Source: Scenedesmus sp. PABB004 (taxonomy: Eukaryota). Taken from it: a stretch of DNA of 64,000 bases. This document shows positions 33,988-46,761 of the stretch, piece after piece (position 1 is the stretch's first letter; every line of letters starts with the position of its first letter). A program made the position numbers and the translations under genes. The stretch lies in contig JABVCE010000016.1 of the NCBI GenBank assembly GCA_014905635.1, positions 186,001 to 250,000 on the forward strand. Reading direction: 5' to 3'. The notes under the pieces are model-generated. The model made no database searches. It was not told the DNA's origin and was given only the letters and a program-made list of their open reading frames with translations.

Positions 33988-35547
33988 ATGGCGGCGGCCA
34001 GGGGCCGCCCTGGGACGCCCGCCGCTGCCATGCGCGGCGCCGCCGCGCGCGCCCTGGTGTCTGCGTTCAGCAGGCAGCCAGGGCGCCAGCGGTGCTGCAG
34101 CGCCGGCAGCCGCCGGCTGGAGGGCACGCCGCTGGACGCGGCGCTCGCGCCGTCGGGGCTGGCGCTGATGCGGCAGGTGGGCTGCCGCACCTTGTTTCGG
34201 GACGGCTTTGCCGCGGGCACCGCCGCGCTCGCGCGCGCCGTGGGTGCCGCGACCGAGGCCTGCGCGACGACCGCGATCGGCGGCGGCGACTCGGTCGCCG
34301 CGCTCAACCAGCTGCGCCCGCGGCCAGCGGTCAGCTTTGTGGGCACCGGCGGCGGCGCCAGCCTGGAGCTCATCCAGGGCCGGCTGTTGCCGGGCCTGCG
34401 CGCGCTCGCTGATGCCGGCCGTCCCCTCGCTTGACCATGGCGCTCACCAGCAGCACCGCCGCGCCGCGCAGGAGTTTGCGGTGGCCGGGCGCGTGCTCGC
34501 GCTCATCACGCCGGCCGACGTCGACGCCGTGCTCGACTATTTCATTGCCGAGGGCGTCGACGGCGACCCCTACTGGTGCGGAGAGCTCGGCAGCGAGCCC
34601 GGGCGGCACCGCGCGCTGGCCGGCGCCGGCCGACGCCGCCCGGCCGCCCGCGCGCGCCCGCGCGCCCGCGCCGCAGGTGCCGCGTGTGGCCGTCGGCGAT
34701 CGCGCTCGCGTCGCAGCTGCTGGCGCGGCCGGCGCTGGTCGCGGGGAAGCGGGTCGCCGACCTGGGCGCGGGCCTCGGCGTCGCGGGCATCGCGGCCGCG
34801 CTCGCGGGCGCGGCCGAGGTGGTGCTGCTGGACCGGGAGCCGATGGCGCTGCAGTGCGCGCTCATGAGCGCGGCGGCCTCGGGCGTCGCCGGCGTGCAGG
34901 GGCTCGAGTCGGTCGCGCTGCGCCCGCTGGGCGCCGCCGGCGCGGCCGGCGGCGGCGGCGACGCGGCACGCGCGGCGCCCGAGGGGCTGCTCCAACTGGC
35001 CGAGCTCTACGCGCAGCAGTCGCGACTGCTGCAGCAGTCGCAGCCGGCCCAGCAGTCGGCCCAGCAGCCGCGTGCGCAGCTGGCGCCGCAGCCGCTCGCG
35101 CCGGCGGACGCGCGCCGCGGCGGCGGCGGCGGCGTGCTGCGCGGCGAGCTGTTTGACTGGAACGCGCCGCCCGCCGGGGAGGGGTTTGACGTCGTGCTCG
35201 CCTGCGACGTGCTCTACGAGGACAGCGCGGTCGCGCCGGTCGCCGCGGCGGTGCCGCGCCTGCTGCGCCGCCGCGGCGGCGGCGCGCTGCTGCTCGCCGA
35301 CCCGCCCAACCGCACCGCCGCGAACCGCGCGCGCTTCGCCGCGCTGCTCGCGGCGCCGCCCGGCGGCGGCGGCGCGCGGCTGGTGCTGGAGGAGTCGGCC
35401 GTGACGGCGTGCGACGTGGAGCAGCTGGACCCGGAGATGGCCGGCGGCGTGGGCAGTGCGGAGAGCGTGCCGGTGCAGCTCATGACCTTCCGCGCCCCCG
35501 TGGGCAACGACACTGTCGGCCTCAAGCTCGACCCGCTCGGCGCGTGA
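33988..35547 (+). CDS. METTL21/Methyltransf_16-family SAM-dependent methyltransferase. Exons 33988-34176, 34472-34575, 34677-35547
   Basis: DPYWCRVWPSAIALA (across a splice junction), VADLGAGLGVAG, LFDW, FDVVLACDVLYE, LLADP. Confidence 0.85.
34177..34434 (+). pseudogene. Phosphoglycerate kinase C-terminal fragment inside methyltransferase intron 1
   Basis: FAAGTAALARAV..TTAIGGGDSVAAL..VSFVGTGGGASLELIQGRLLPGLRAL matches the conserved PGK C-terminus. The rest of PGK is absent. Confidence 0.8.
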
Positions 35548-35835
35548 CCGGGCCCACGCCGAGGCGTGGCGGCGGCGGCGGCGGCTGAGGGGGGCCGGCG
35601 CGGCTGGCGGCGCCGCGCCGCGCCGCACTGTGAGCGTGCGGCCAGGCCTGGCAACAACGTCGCCGTTACCCGCAGCGCAGGGATCGTCCGTCCTCCCGGC
35701 CGCGCGCGCGCAAAGAAGCATCCTGCGTCTAGGGTACACTCCAGCTCCCTCCCTGCCCGCGCGCCCGCTACTTGCGCAGTAGCTCCGGCGCCGGCCCGCA
35801 CGCCGGCCGCGCGGGGTCGCTGCAGCTGCAGCCGG

Positions 35836-36429
35836 TCAGAAGCAGCAGTCGCAGTCAAACGGGCACAGCGCCGTGTCGCCGCCGTGCTTGGCGAGGCCGA
35901 GCTCGTCCTCACGGTAAATGGCGTACCCCTCCTCGGTGCGCTTGCGCGCCGCGCCGCCGCCCTCGCCAAAGATGTCGTCCTTGCTGCCCACGACCTTGGG
36001 CCGCTTGCCCGCCGCCTGGCGCGCGGCGCGCGGCGCAGCGCAGGGTCTGGCCCGGCCCGCGCCGCCGGCGAGCCGCGCCGGGCGCGCCGCGCGGCAGCAG
36101 CAGCGGCGGCGCACCTTCTGCCGCGCCTCCGCCACCTCCGCCGCGACGCCGCGCAGCTCCGGGTCCAGCTCCGGCGCCTTCTCCGGCTCGGCGCGCTGCT
36201 TCTTGGCGCCGCCAAAGATGGCGTCGATCTCCTCCTTGGCACCGCGCTTGGCGCCGGCGGCGCCGCTGCTGCCCGCCTGCGCGCCGCGCGCCGGCGCCGC
36301 CGCCGCCGCCGCCGGTGCCGGGTCGCTCGCCTGGCGCGGCTGCTTGGCCGGCTTCTGCCGCGCGCGGCCGGGCTGCTCGGCCGCCGGCTGCGGCGCTGCG
36401 GCCACGGCGGCCGCCTCCTTCTTGCCCAT
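35836..36429 (-). CDS. DUF1764 family eukaryotic protein. Exons 36429-36115, 36015-35836
   Basis: EIDAIFG and RKRTEEGYAIYREDELGL..GGDTALCPFDCDCCF*. Confidence 0.9.
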   Translation of the reverse strand: MGKKEAAAVAAAPQPAAEQPGRARQKPAKQPRQASDPAPAAAAAAPARGAQAGSSGAAGAKRGAKEEIDAIFGGAKKQRAEPEKAPELDPELRGVAAEVAEARQKVRRRCCCRAARPARLAGGAGRARPCAAPRAARQAAGKRPKVVGSKDDIFGEGGGAARKRTEEGYAIYREDELGLAKHGGDTALCPFDCDCCF

Positions 36430-36845
36430 CGCTGCCGCCGCTGCGGCTGCCGCCGGTGACGTGGCTGGCGGCCCGCCGGAAGAGCGGCCGGCCGCCGCGG
36501 ATCGCGCACAGACCACTGTGCGCCGGCGGCGCCGCTCGCTCCGTCGGCGTCAGCTCGTCGCATTGCGCCCCGCGCCGCGCGCCGCAGGGCCGGCAGCGCC
36601 GTGCTCGCCCGACAATCGCCGCTGCCGCAGCGCACGCCCGGGCACAACCGCGCGGGCCCACACTTGGCAGCAGCGGCGGCAGCAGCGGCGGCCTCTCGCG
36701 CCGCGTGTGCGCCGCGCGGCCCGCGCCCTTTCAGTCTGCGCCGTTCGTGGTGGCCGCGGACATCATGACATCGAGGGGGCGTCACGCCCGCGGCCGCGCG
36801 GGGTCTCTCGCGCTCGGGGGGCCCGCCTGAGCTCCCAGCCCCAGG

Positions 36846-39800
36846 ATGTCGCCCCGCCGCGCCGCCGCCGCGGCGCTCCTGGCGCTGCTGGCGACCGGTG
36901 CGGTGGCCCAGCGCCCGGCGGCGCCGCTGCCGGCGGCCCAGGGCCCGGCGGCGCCTGGCACCGGCGGCGCGCGGGCAGCAGCGGCGCCGCCGCACCGCTG
37001 CCCCGGCGTCGTCGCGGGCGTGTGCACCGCCGCGTGCCAGCTGCACACGTGCGAGGCGCTCGCCGCGATCTACAAGACCTCCAACAACGTCAGCGACCCC
37101 TGGGACAACGAGCGCGGCTGGGCCGCCACGACGCGCGCGCCGTGCTCGGCGCTCGTCGCCGCGCCCGGCCCCGGCGGCGCGCCCGCATACTGCGCCTGGT
37201 TCGGCGTGAGCTGCTGCGCGCCGGCCGACGTGCGCGCGGGGCGCTGCGCGACGGCGGGCGCGGTGCGGGGCATCGAGCTCCCAATCAACAACCTCAACGT
37301 GAGCCTCAGCGACGCGGCGCTCACGGGCGCGCTGCTGGACGTGCACGCGTGCGGCAGCCTGCGCGTGCTCAACCTCGAGGCTAACAACCTGGCCGACGGC
37401 ATCGACGCCGCGTGGGGCGCGCTGACGGGCCTCGAGACGCTCAGCGTCGGTGCGCGGCGCGCGGCGGCGCGCGGCGGCGCGGCGCGCATGCGCACGCGCG
37501 CGCTCGCGCGGGGCGGCGCGGCGCTCACTGACGGCCGCCTCAACCCACCACCCCACCCCCGCGCCGCGCGCGCGCGCCGCGCAGCGGCGTGCTGGATGGC
37601 GGGCACCGTCCCGACGGCCCTGCGCTCGCTGCGCAACCTCACGTCGCTGGACCTCAGCAACAACTGGCTCAACGGCACGATCCCCACCTGGCTCAACGAG
37701 CTGCGCGCGCTGCAGGCACGCGCGGGCTGCGCCGGGCGCGCGCGCGCGCGCACAGCGGCGGCAGCGGCGGCGGCGCCCCACCCGCGGCGGCGGCCCACGC
37801 GCGCGGCGCGCGGCCGCGCGCACGCGCGGCGCAGGTGCTGCGCATTGGCGTGCAGTTTGGCGGCAACGAGGGCAGCGACGCGCTCGGCCTGACCGGCACC
37901 GTGCCGCGCGAGCTCGGCGAGCTCCAGCGCCTGCGTGACCTCAACCTCGAGATGAACTCACTCACAGGCGAGCGCGCCGCTGAGCGCCGCTGGGCGCCGC
38001 GCCAGGCCCGCCATCCGCCGCACGCGCTCACGCCGCCCGCCGCCGCCGCCGCCGCCGCGCGTCGCGCGCAGGCTCGCTGCCCTCGGACCTCTGCAGCGGC
38101 GGTGCGCCGCGGGGGACCGCGCCCGCAGCGCCGCGCCCACGCGCCGCGCGGCCGGCGGCTCGGCCTGGCCGCCGGCGGCCGCCGGTCCCCGCCGCCGCCC
38201 GCGCGCTCACTGCCCGCGCCGCCCGCCCGCCGGCGCCGCGCCGCCGCCGCCGCGCAGCGGCGAGCACGCTGGTGTCGCTCAACGTGCGCGCCAACCAGCT
38301 CGAGGGCGATGTGGCTGGCGCGGTGGAGCCGTGCCACAACCTCATCACGCTACAGCTGGGCTACAACGCCTTTTCGGGTCGCCTGCCCGCGGGGCCGGCG
38401 TGGTCGCAGCTGGCAATCTTCTCCGCGCCGTCCAACCGCTTCACCGGGCCCTTCCCCCGCGCGCTCGCGTCGTACGCGCGCATGCTGCAGCAGCTCGACG
38501 TCGGCGGCAACGCGCTCACGGGGCAGCTGCCCCCGCAGGCGCGCGCGTGCCGCCGCCGCCGCGTGCTGCCACCGCGCGCGCGCTCTCCCTCTCCCTCGCC
38601 CTCTCTCACTCTCGCCCTCACCCCGCGCCGCCCGCACACAAACAAACAAACAACAAACAGATCACGCTAATGAGCTCCCTCGCCACGCTGATCATTGCGG
38701 GCAACCGCTTCGCCGGCACGCTCAGCACCGACCTCTACTACCTCCCAGCGCTCGCGCGCCTCGACGCGAGCCACAACGCGTTCGTGGGCACCATCCCGGC
38801 CGCGATCGGGTGCGGCGCGCGCGGCCCGGCCGCGCCCGCCCGCCCGCCGCGCCGCGCCGCAGGCCGCGCCCCGCGCGCCGCGCGCCGCCGCCGACCGCCC
38901 CGCGCGCCGCCGGCGCGTGGCCGCCGCCGCGCCCGCCCGCCGCCGCGCCCGCCGGGGGCCCGCAGGCTGAGCTACAGCCTGGAGAGCGTGGACCTGTCGG
39001 GCAACGAGGGCGTCACGGGCATGCTGCCGCCCGAGATGGGGCTGCTGCTGCGCCTGAACGTCTTTCGCGGCCGCGGGACGTCACTCTCCTGCGCCGGCGT
39101 GACGCGGCCGTACACGGTGACGACGAACTCGAGCTGCAGCGACCCCACGGCCTGCAACACGCCCGTCGTCACGAGCGGCGACGCCGACGGCGTGTGCGCG
39201 ACCGACGCGCTGCTGCCCTGCTTCCTCACCTTTTCAAACGACTACCTGCCCCGCGACGACGCGAGCAACATGCGCTGCCGCGCGATCGTGCGCGCGTCGC
39301 CCGACGCCGCGGAGGCCGCGTGCGCCGGCACCGGCCCGACCGCGCTCGGCGACCAGGTCGGCCTGCTGCCCCCGCCCGACGCGGCGGCCAACAGCGAGCA
39401 GACCTGGGTGATCGACCCCGCGTACTTCCAGTTTGCCGTCTGCGAGTGCCTGCTGGTGCGGGCGCCGCGCCCGCGCGCCACGCCGCCGCGCGCCGCGCAG
39501 CACCGCGCCGCCGCTCACGGCCGCCGCCGCCGGCCGCCGCGCCGCTCACCGCCGCCGCTCACCGCCGCCGCCGCCGGCCGCGCATGCGGTCGCGCGCCAC
39601 AGGGCTTTGACGAGATCTGGCGCGAGAACCACACGATGCTGTCGTGCGTGCCGAGCCCGCCGGCGCGGGACAACAAGCTCCAGATCGGCGTGCTCGGCGG
39701 CGTGTTTGGCGCGGTCGTGCTGCTCGCCGCGCTCGTCGGCTGGGCGATCTACCTCCGCACGCGGCCGCGCTGGCTGCGCGAGCGGCGCATGCAGGCCAAG

Positions 39801-41630
39801 CGCATGCGCGGCGCGCCTGCGCCGAGCGGGCGCTCGCACGAGCGCCTGCCGCTGAGCATCGCCGTCACCGACGTCAAGGACTACACCGCGCTCACGCGCC
39901 GCCACCCGCGCCTCATGACAAAGGCCATGGGCGCCCACAACCAGGCGCGGCGCCGGGGCGCCGGGTGCCCGCCGGCGTTCGCGCCGGGGCGCTGGGCGCC
40001 CGCCGGCGCGCCGCGCCGACGCGCGCGTGCCCGCGTGGACCCGCGCGCCGCAGATCCTGCGCAAGGCCTGCCACACGCACGCCGGCTACGTGCTGGACCA
40101 AGAGGGTACGCCGCCCGCCGTGGCGGGCCGCGCGCGCGCGCCGCCGCCGCCGGGCGAGCCGACCGCGGCCGCGCGCACGCACCCGGCCCGGCCGCAGGCG
40201 ACTCCTGGGTCCTCGCCTTCCACGAGCCGCTCGACGCGGTGGCCTTCAGCCTGCAGGCGCGCGCCTGGCTGCTGCGGCGGCGGACGCCACCGTGGGCGCG
40301 GCCGCGGCGCCCTGGCGCGCGCGCGCGCGCGCGGCGCTGACCCGCGCCGCCCCGCGCGCGTCTGCGCCGCCGCCGCAGGTGCAGCAGGCGCTCACGAGCC
40401 GCGTGTGGGGTTTCAAGGCCAACGAGCAGCTGGACGGCTTCCTCGTGCCGCCCAAGCCGCACGACAACATGCCGCTCTCGGTGCGCCTGTGGGGCACCGG
40501 CGGCTCACGCGGCAGCGTGAGCTCCGCGTCGGCGCTGCACGGCAGCAGCGTGCACTCCGGCGAGTCGCCGGCCGCCGCGCCGCAGCAACGCGGTGGCGGC
40601 GAGGACGCGGACGAGCAGGGGCTGCTCGCGGCGCTGCGCAGCGGCGTGGGCAAGAGCGCGAGCTTCACCGCGGCGCGCAGCGGCGGCGGCAGCTTCACGC
40701 ACAGCAGCCGCAGCGGGCTGCACCATGACGTCGAGGAGGGCACCACGATCGGCAGCGGCATGGGGAGCTTCACGACGAGCGGCGGCCCGCACGCGCGCGT
40801 GGCGCCGCCGCCCGCCAGCCTCGGCGACGCCGCCTGGGAGGTCGCGCCGCTGCCGCCGGTGTACGGGCACCGCCTTACGCAGCAGCCGAGCGGGCAGAGC
40901 ATCGGCGGGTCGTCCACGCAGCCCGGCAGCTTTGGCGGCAGCACCACGGGCAAGGCGTCGACGATGGAGAGCAGCGGCGGGCGGCTGTGGAGCGCCACGG
41001 CCGGCGCGCTCGCGCGGCGGCTCTCGCGCGCCCGCCCCAGCGCATCGGGGCAGCTACTCCCCGGCGGCGCGCCCGGCTCGCCCGACGGCGAGGCGACGCT
41101 GATTCGCCTCGAGGTGCGCATCGGCGTGGCCACGGGGCACCTCCCGCCCGGTGGTGACATCAACTCCTGCTCCGTCAAGGACCGCGCGCAAGGTGCGGCG
41201 CCGCGCGCGCGCCGGGTGCACCGGGCGCCCGCGCCCGCGCCCTTGGTGCCCGCGCCCACGCCCGCCGCGAGCCCACCCGCCGCCGCCCCGGCGTCGCGCG
41301 CGTCCCGCAGAGCTGGTCAGCGACGTCGCCAACGGCGGACAGGTGCTGCTCGACGAGGCGACCTTCCTAGAGGTCAAGGACAGCCTCAGCGTGCTGGGCA
41401 CGGTCAACGAGGCGGGCTACGACGACGACCTGCTGCAGCAGCTCATGCAGGCCAACGTCGTCGCGGGGCTGCGCCGCCAGGTCGGCTTTGCCGCGCCGTG
41501 CATGCGCTCGCGCGGCGACTCCTTCTCGAGCTCTGTGCTGCTCGGCGGCAGCGCGCGCGACCCGCACGAGATCGACAGCGAAGCGCTCGTCGCGCACATG
41601 GGCGGCTTCCGGCTGCCGCCCAACTCGCCC

Positions 41631-41675
<45 letters not shown>

Positions 41676-44116
41676 CGCGGCGGCGCGAGCAGCGGCGGCG
41701 GCGGCCGCGCGGCGCGCGGCGACGACGCCGACAAGGCCAACGGCGCGACCGCGGCGGACGCCGTCGCGGCTGCGGGCGCCGGTGGGGGCGCGTCGTTCAC
41801 GTCCGTGACCACTGACCGCGTGGAGCGCCAGGCCTCGGTGGCGGGCCTCGCCAACGCCGGCGCCGGCGGCGGCGCCAGCGGCGGCGGCCGGCGCGAGCGG
41901 CACGCGGCCAAGGCCGACGTCGTCGTCGTCGGCGGCGGCGGCGACGACGACGGCAGCCCGCGCGACGGCAAGGCCGCGGCGCAGGGCGGCGCGGGCGGGG
42001 CGCAGGTGCTCCACCTGTTCAGCATCGCCGCGCCGGGCATGCGCGCGGCGCCGACGCGCACGCGCGACCTCGCCGCGAGCTGCGCGTGGACACTGCCTGT
42101 GCGCGCCAAGCCCGGCTGGCAGCAGGTGCAAAAAGGCTTCTTCGAGGCGCCAGGTGCGCCCGCGGCGCGCGTGCCCTGCCCAGCGCCGCCGCCCCGCGCC
42201 GCCTCCCTGCTCACGCAGCAACGCACGCACGCGCGCCCGCGCGCCGCCCAGGCGCCCTCGCCATGGACCTCTCGCCCGCCGCGTCGCGCAACCGCACCGG
42301 CGCGGCGAGCCACACCGTCGCGCTGCCGGACGTGACGGTGGTCTTTGCGGCGGTCGAGGACGCGCACGCGTTTGCCGCGCGCCGCGGCCGCGGCGACCTG
42401 GCCGAGCTCAGCCGCGCGCTGCGCAACTGCCTCCTGGAGCAGCTGGCGGCGGTCCCCGGCGGGTGCGCGCCGCGCAGCGCTGCGCTGTGGTGCCGTGCGC
42501 GGGCGCACGCACCGGCAGCGCCACCGCGCCGCGCCCGGCCGCGCCCGGGGCCGCCGCCGCCGGCGCGCGAGCCCTCGCCCCGCGCGCGCCCGCCGCCGCC
42601 CCTCGACCGCTGCCTCCGGCCTCGGCCGCCGCCAGGGACGGCTACCTCTGCCGCTGCCGCGACTCGGAGCTCAAGTTCATCGCTGCCTTTGAGGAGCCCC
42701 ACCGCGCGGCGGCGTGGTGCATGCTCGTGCAGGCGCGCGCGCGCTCGCCGCCGCGCGCGCCCGCGCGCCGCCGCCGGGCGCGCGCCGCGCCATGCCACCG
42801 CACCCGCCACAAGCCCCGCCGCGCCGCGCGCCGCCGGCGGCGCCGCCGCGCAGGAGGCGCTGCTGTACATCGACTGGCCGCCGGGCGTGCTGTCGCAGCC
42901 GGGGTGCGAGGAGGTGCTGTCGCCCGACACCGGCGCGCCGCTCTTCCGCGGCCCCCGCTTGCGCATGAGCCTCGCCGAGGGCAAGCCGAGCGCGGTGCTG
43001 CCCGACCACACCGGCCGCGCCACGTTCTACGGCGACGCGGTCAACCGCGCCGCGCGCTACATGGACGCCGCGGCGCACGGCGGGCAGGTGGTCACGGACC
43101 TGGAGCTCGCGCGCCGCCTCGCCGAGCGCTGGGCGGGCGAGGGCATCGCCGGCGCGCGCGCCGCGCTCGCGGCCGGCCGCGAGCAGGGCGGCGCCGCCAG
43201 CCCCGAGCGCCTGACCGAGCGGCTGCTGCGCCGCGCCGAGGCGGAGGTGGTCGCGGCGCTCGTGCTGCAGGCCGACGCGCCCGCGAGCGCCGCCGCGCCG
43301 CTGGCGCAGCCGCCGCGCCGCGGCATGGGCTGGCGCGGCGGCGGCGGCGTCGGCGGCGCCCGGCGGGGGCTGGGCCGGCCGCGGCGGCTGTCGGACGAGG
43401 AGGAGGACTGGGCTGACCCGGGCAGCCTCACGCTGGTCGGGCGGAGCATGAGCGAGACGGCGGCGCGCAGCTACGGCGGCGGCCGCGAGCCGCTGCGCCC
43501 GCACGCGTGGGGCCGGCCGCTCGGCTCGGCGCTGCGCAAGGCGCCGCCCGCGACGCTGCGCGAGGAGGCGCAGCCCGGCGACGCTGCTGAGGACCACGAC
43601 CTCGCGCCGCGCACGCGCAGCTTGACGGCCGCCGGCGCGCTGCCGCCGCTGCCGCGCGCGCAGGCGCGCGGCGGCGAGGCCGCCGCGGCCGCGCCGCACG
43701 CGCCGCTCGCGGGCGCCGGCGGCGGCGCCGGCGACGGCGCCGCCGAGCCCGACCAGGACGACGCGGACGCGGCGGACGTGGAGCGCGTGCTGACGCAGCA
43801 CCTCGGCACGTTTGGCTTCAAGGGCAGCGGCGTGTTTGAGATGGTGCAGCTGCTGCCCGCGAACCTGGCGGCACGGCCGTACCCGGCGGAGCCGCCGCGC
43901 GGCAAGGGCGGCCGCATCGCGGCGCTCAGCGGCCCCGTGGACCGCCTGCCGGAGGTGCTGCTGCTGCTGCCGCCGACGCTGCTCGCGGCGCGGCGCGCGT
44001 GGGCCGCGCAGCACGCGCTGGACGGCCCGCCGGCGGCCGCGCCGGCGGCAGCGGCGCCGGCGGCGGCGGCGCCGGCGGCACAGCCCGAGTCGCCAGAGTG
44101 CGCCCACCCGCAGTGA
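36846..44116 (+). CDS. LRR receptor-like membrane protein with two class III adenylate/guanylate cyclase domains; multi-exon
   Basis: Signal peptide, plant-type LRRs (LDLSNNWLNGTIP, LNLEMNSLTG, LQLGYNAFSGRLP), Cys-rich stalk, TM at ~39680-39755. Cyclase 1: IAVTDVKD..QEGDSW..VRIGVATG..GGQV. Cyclase 2: GPRLRMSL..YGDAVNRAAR..HGGQV..LGTFGFKG. Confidence 0.85.
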
Positions 44117-44750
44117 GCGGCTGGGCTGGGGGCCTGCTGACCACCCTGTGGGCATCCTGAGTTTCTGTCAGCGGGCATTCTGGGATCGGTGCCACGTACG
44201 CTTTGCTGGCCGGCGCGCTTCGGGCAGGCCCCTGGTATTGCCGGCGGCGCGCGCGTGCGGAGCGCGCGCACCGTGACCCGCTCGCGTGCGCAACGAACGT
44301 GCCTGAAGTTACGAAGTTACGGACGCCAGGAACGGCGCGTGTGATCTTGGGATGCCAGCGGCGCGGCCGCCCCGGACTTTGCGCAGGGCGCACGCGCTCG
44401 CGGGCTGCCGCAGCAGCGGCGCCGGCGTGTGGGGCGCGCCGCCGCTTAGTAGCCTCGCATGCCTTGGCGCTCGGCAGATCGCTTTTCAGCACTGGGCCCC
44501 CGCGCACGCCTATCCTCCCCAACCTGTTGTTGCCGTCACGGTCACATGCGTTGTTCCTTGGGCACGTAGGGCCGTGCGCCGCCGCTGCCCGTTCACCCTC
44601 GCACCGCCGGCGCACATCACGAGCCGCGAGCGGCGCGCCGGCGCGTGCGGCCGCGCGGCGCGGGGGAGGCCGCGTGACCCGGGGCGTGGGCGTCGCGCGC
44701 AGGGTTGGCTTGTACACTTTTACACTTTTAACTCATCTCCCGGACCGCCG

Positions 44751-46489
44751 TCAGCCGCCGCCGCGCGACGCCGCGCCCGCCGCCGCGCCCGCCGCCGCGC
44801 CCGCCGCCGCGCCCCGCCGCGCGCGCAGCCGCGCCGGCGGCGCGGGCGCGGGCGTGACGCGCCAGCGCGCGCGCAGCTCGTCGAGGTCCTCGTCAAAGTG
44901 GCGCTCGTAGTAGATGCACATCAGGTCGGCGCAGCGCAGCCCCGTGCGCGCGGCCCAGGGGAGGTAGGCCGACCACAGCAGCGCGCGGTCGGACGGCGAG
45001 AGCTTGAACTGCGCGCCCACGACCGCCATGCCCGCCATCGGCAGCCCCGTCTGCGCGCGCGGGGCCGCGGCCGGGCGGGAGGCGCGTCGGCGGGCGGCGC
45101 GGCGGCGGCGAGGCGGGCGGGCGCGGCCCGCCCGCGACACCTTCTCACCTGCACAAACTCCAGCGCCTTCAGCGCCAGCTCGCCAAACACGTTGGTGTGG
45201 CAGCCGAACAGCACGTGCCAGAAGTCGTGCACCTGTGCGGCGCGCCGGGCAGCGGGAGGGCAGCGTGACGGCGGCGCGCGCGGCGGCGGCCGCCGGGGCT
45301 CGTGCGCCGCGGGCGGGCGCGCGTGTTGGGCGGCTTGGGAGTGCCGGCGCCCACGGCGGTGGGGCGCCGGCCCTTGTCTGCCGCCCGCGCGCTGTCGGGA
45401 GGCGGGCGCCGGGGCGGCCGCCGCTGGGGCGCCGCCGCCCGCGCGAGGGCGCCCGCGGCCCGGGCTGCGGCGGCCGGCAGCGCCGGCGCGCCGCGCGGCG
45501 CCCACCCCGGCGCCCCGCGCCGCGCGAATCCCCCGCGCACCTCCCGGGCGCGCTGGACGACGTACGCCAGCTCCTCGTCGTCCACCAGCCTGGCGCGGCG
45601 CCGCGCGGCGCCGTGTGTGGGGCGCGCGGCTGGCGACGCGGCAGCGCGTGTGCGGCGTGCCGCGGGCCGCGCACCGCACGACGGGGCGATCGTCCGCCCT
45701 GAAGCCCCGGGCGCCCATGAAGGAAGCATAGGCCCCGCCAAACGTGCTCTCCGGCAGCTCCCAGCACCGCGCGACGGCCACGTCCTGCACGCGGGCGCGC
45801 CCGGGCGAGGCGCCGCGCTCGCACGGCCGGGCCGGCGCGCCGCGCCGCGCCGCCGCCCACGCGCCGCGCCGCCGCCGCCCGCGCGTGCCAGGCGCTGCCC
45901 ACCGTCACGCGCGGCCGCTCCGCCAGGATGGCACGGCCGGTCGGGCTCGCGCGCATGCGCTCCGCCATGCGCCGCACCGCGGCGTCGCCCCACGTCTCGC
46001 CCACCACCGCCACCAGGTCGCCGCGCGCGGGGCTGCGGCGTGCGTGCGTGCGGGCGGCGGCGGCGGCGGCGTGAAGGGCTTGCGCGCTGGCGGCGCGGAC
46101 GGGCAGCGGCGGCGACGCCCGGCTCACCGCACGAGCGCGCCCACCGCCGACAGCACCGCGACGGCGCCCTTCTGCACCGGGTGGAGCGGCACGTGCGTGG
46201 CGTACAGCGGCGGCGGCTGCTGCGGCGGCTGCTCCCTGCGCGGCACGCACGCGCGGCGTGAGCGACTGTGAAGCCCGCGGCCCGGCTCGGCCGCGCTCCG
46301 CACGCGCCGGGCGGCGCACCGCGGTGGCTGCTCCACGCCCGACGCCAGCGGCGCCGAGGCGTGCAGCGCGCGCAGGCCGGCGAGGGCGGCGGCTGCCGCC
46401 GGCGGAAGCGGCTGCTGCGCGGCGGCAGCGACAGCAGCGGCCGCTGCCCGTGCAGCCGCCGGCCCGCCGCGCGCGGCTGCGCTGCTCAT
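44751..46489 (-). CDS. COQ4: Ubiquinone biosynthesis protein COQ4; multi-exon
   Basis: PARGDLVAVVGET, GRAILAERPRV, RAREVHDFWHVL..GELALKALEFVQTGLPM (HDxxH-x11-E), LMCIYYE. TGTAA on the minus strand at 44720-44724. Confidence 0.93.
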
Positions 46490-46761
46490 GGCGGCTGCAG
46501 CAGGCTCCGCGCGGCAGCGGCGTGTGGCGTGTGGCGGAGCCGGCGCGGGAGCACCTGGCGCGGCGTGGAGATACACAGAGACAGCCCCCTGTGAGCGCGC
46601 GCGCGTGTTCCAGCAAGAGCGGCAGCGCCGCTGTCGCGACGCCCGGATCGCGTCGCGCAACGCACACGACCGCGCCGGCGGCGCTCTCTCCGCCGCACAA
46701 CGCACCGCAGCGACCCGCCGCATCCTCTGGGCACGGCCGCGGCATCGACCCTGGCGCCACC

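Noticed and set aside
34431..35156. ATG at 34437 as methyltransferase start, coupled to the PGK-like stop
   Set aside because: That ATG is out of frame with the conserved DPYW exon. The acceptor at 34471 explains the frame.
43926..44717. 263-aa minus-strand ORF
   Set aside because: It has no recognisable domain, atypical codon usage, and overlaps the end of the cyclase gene.
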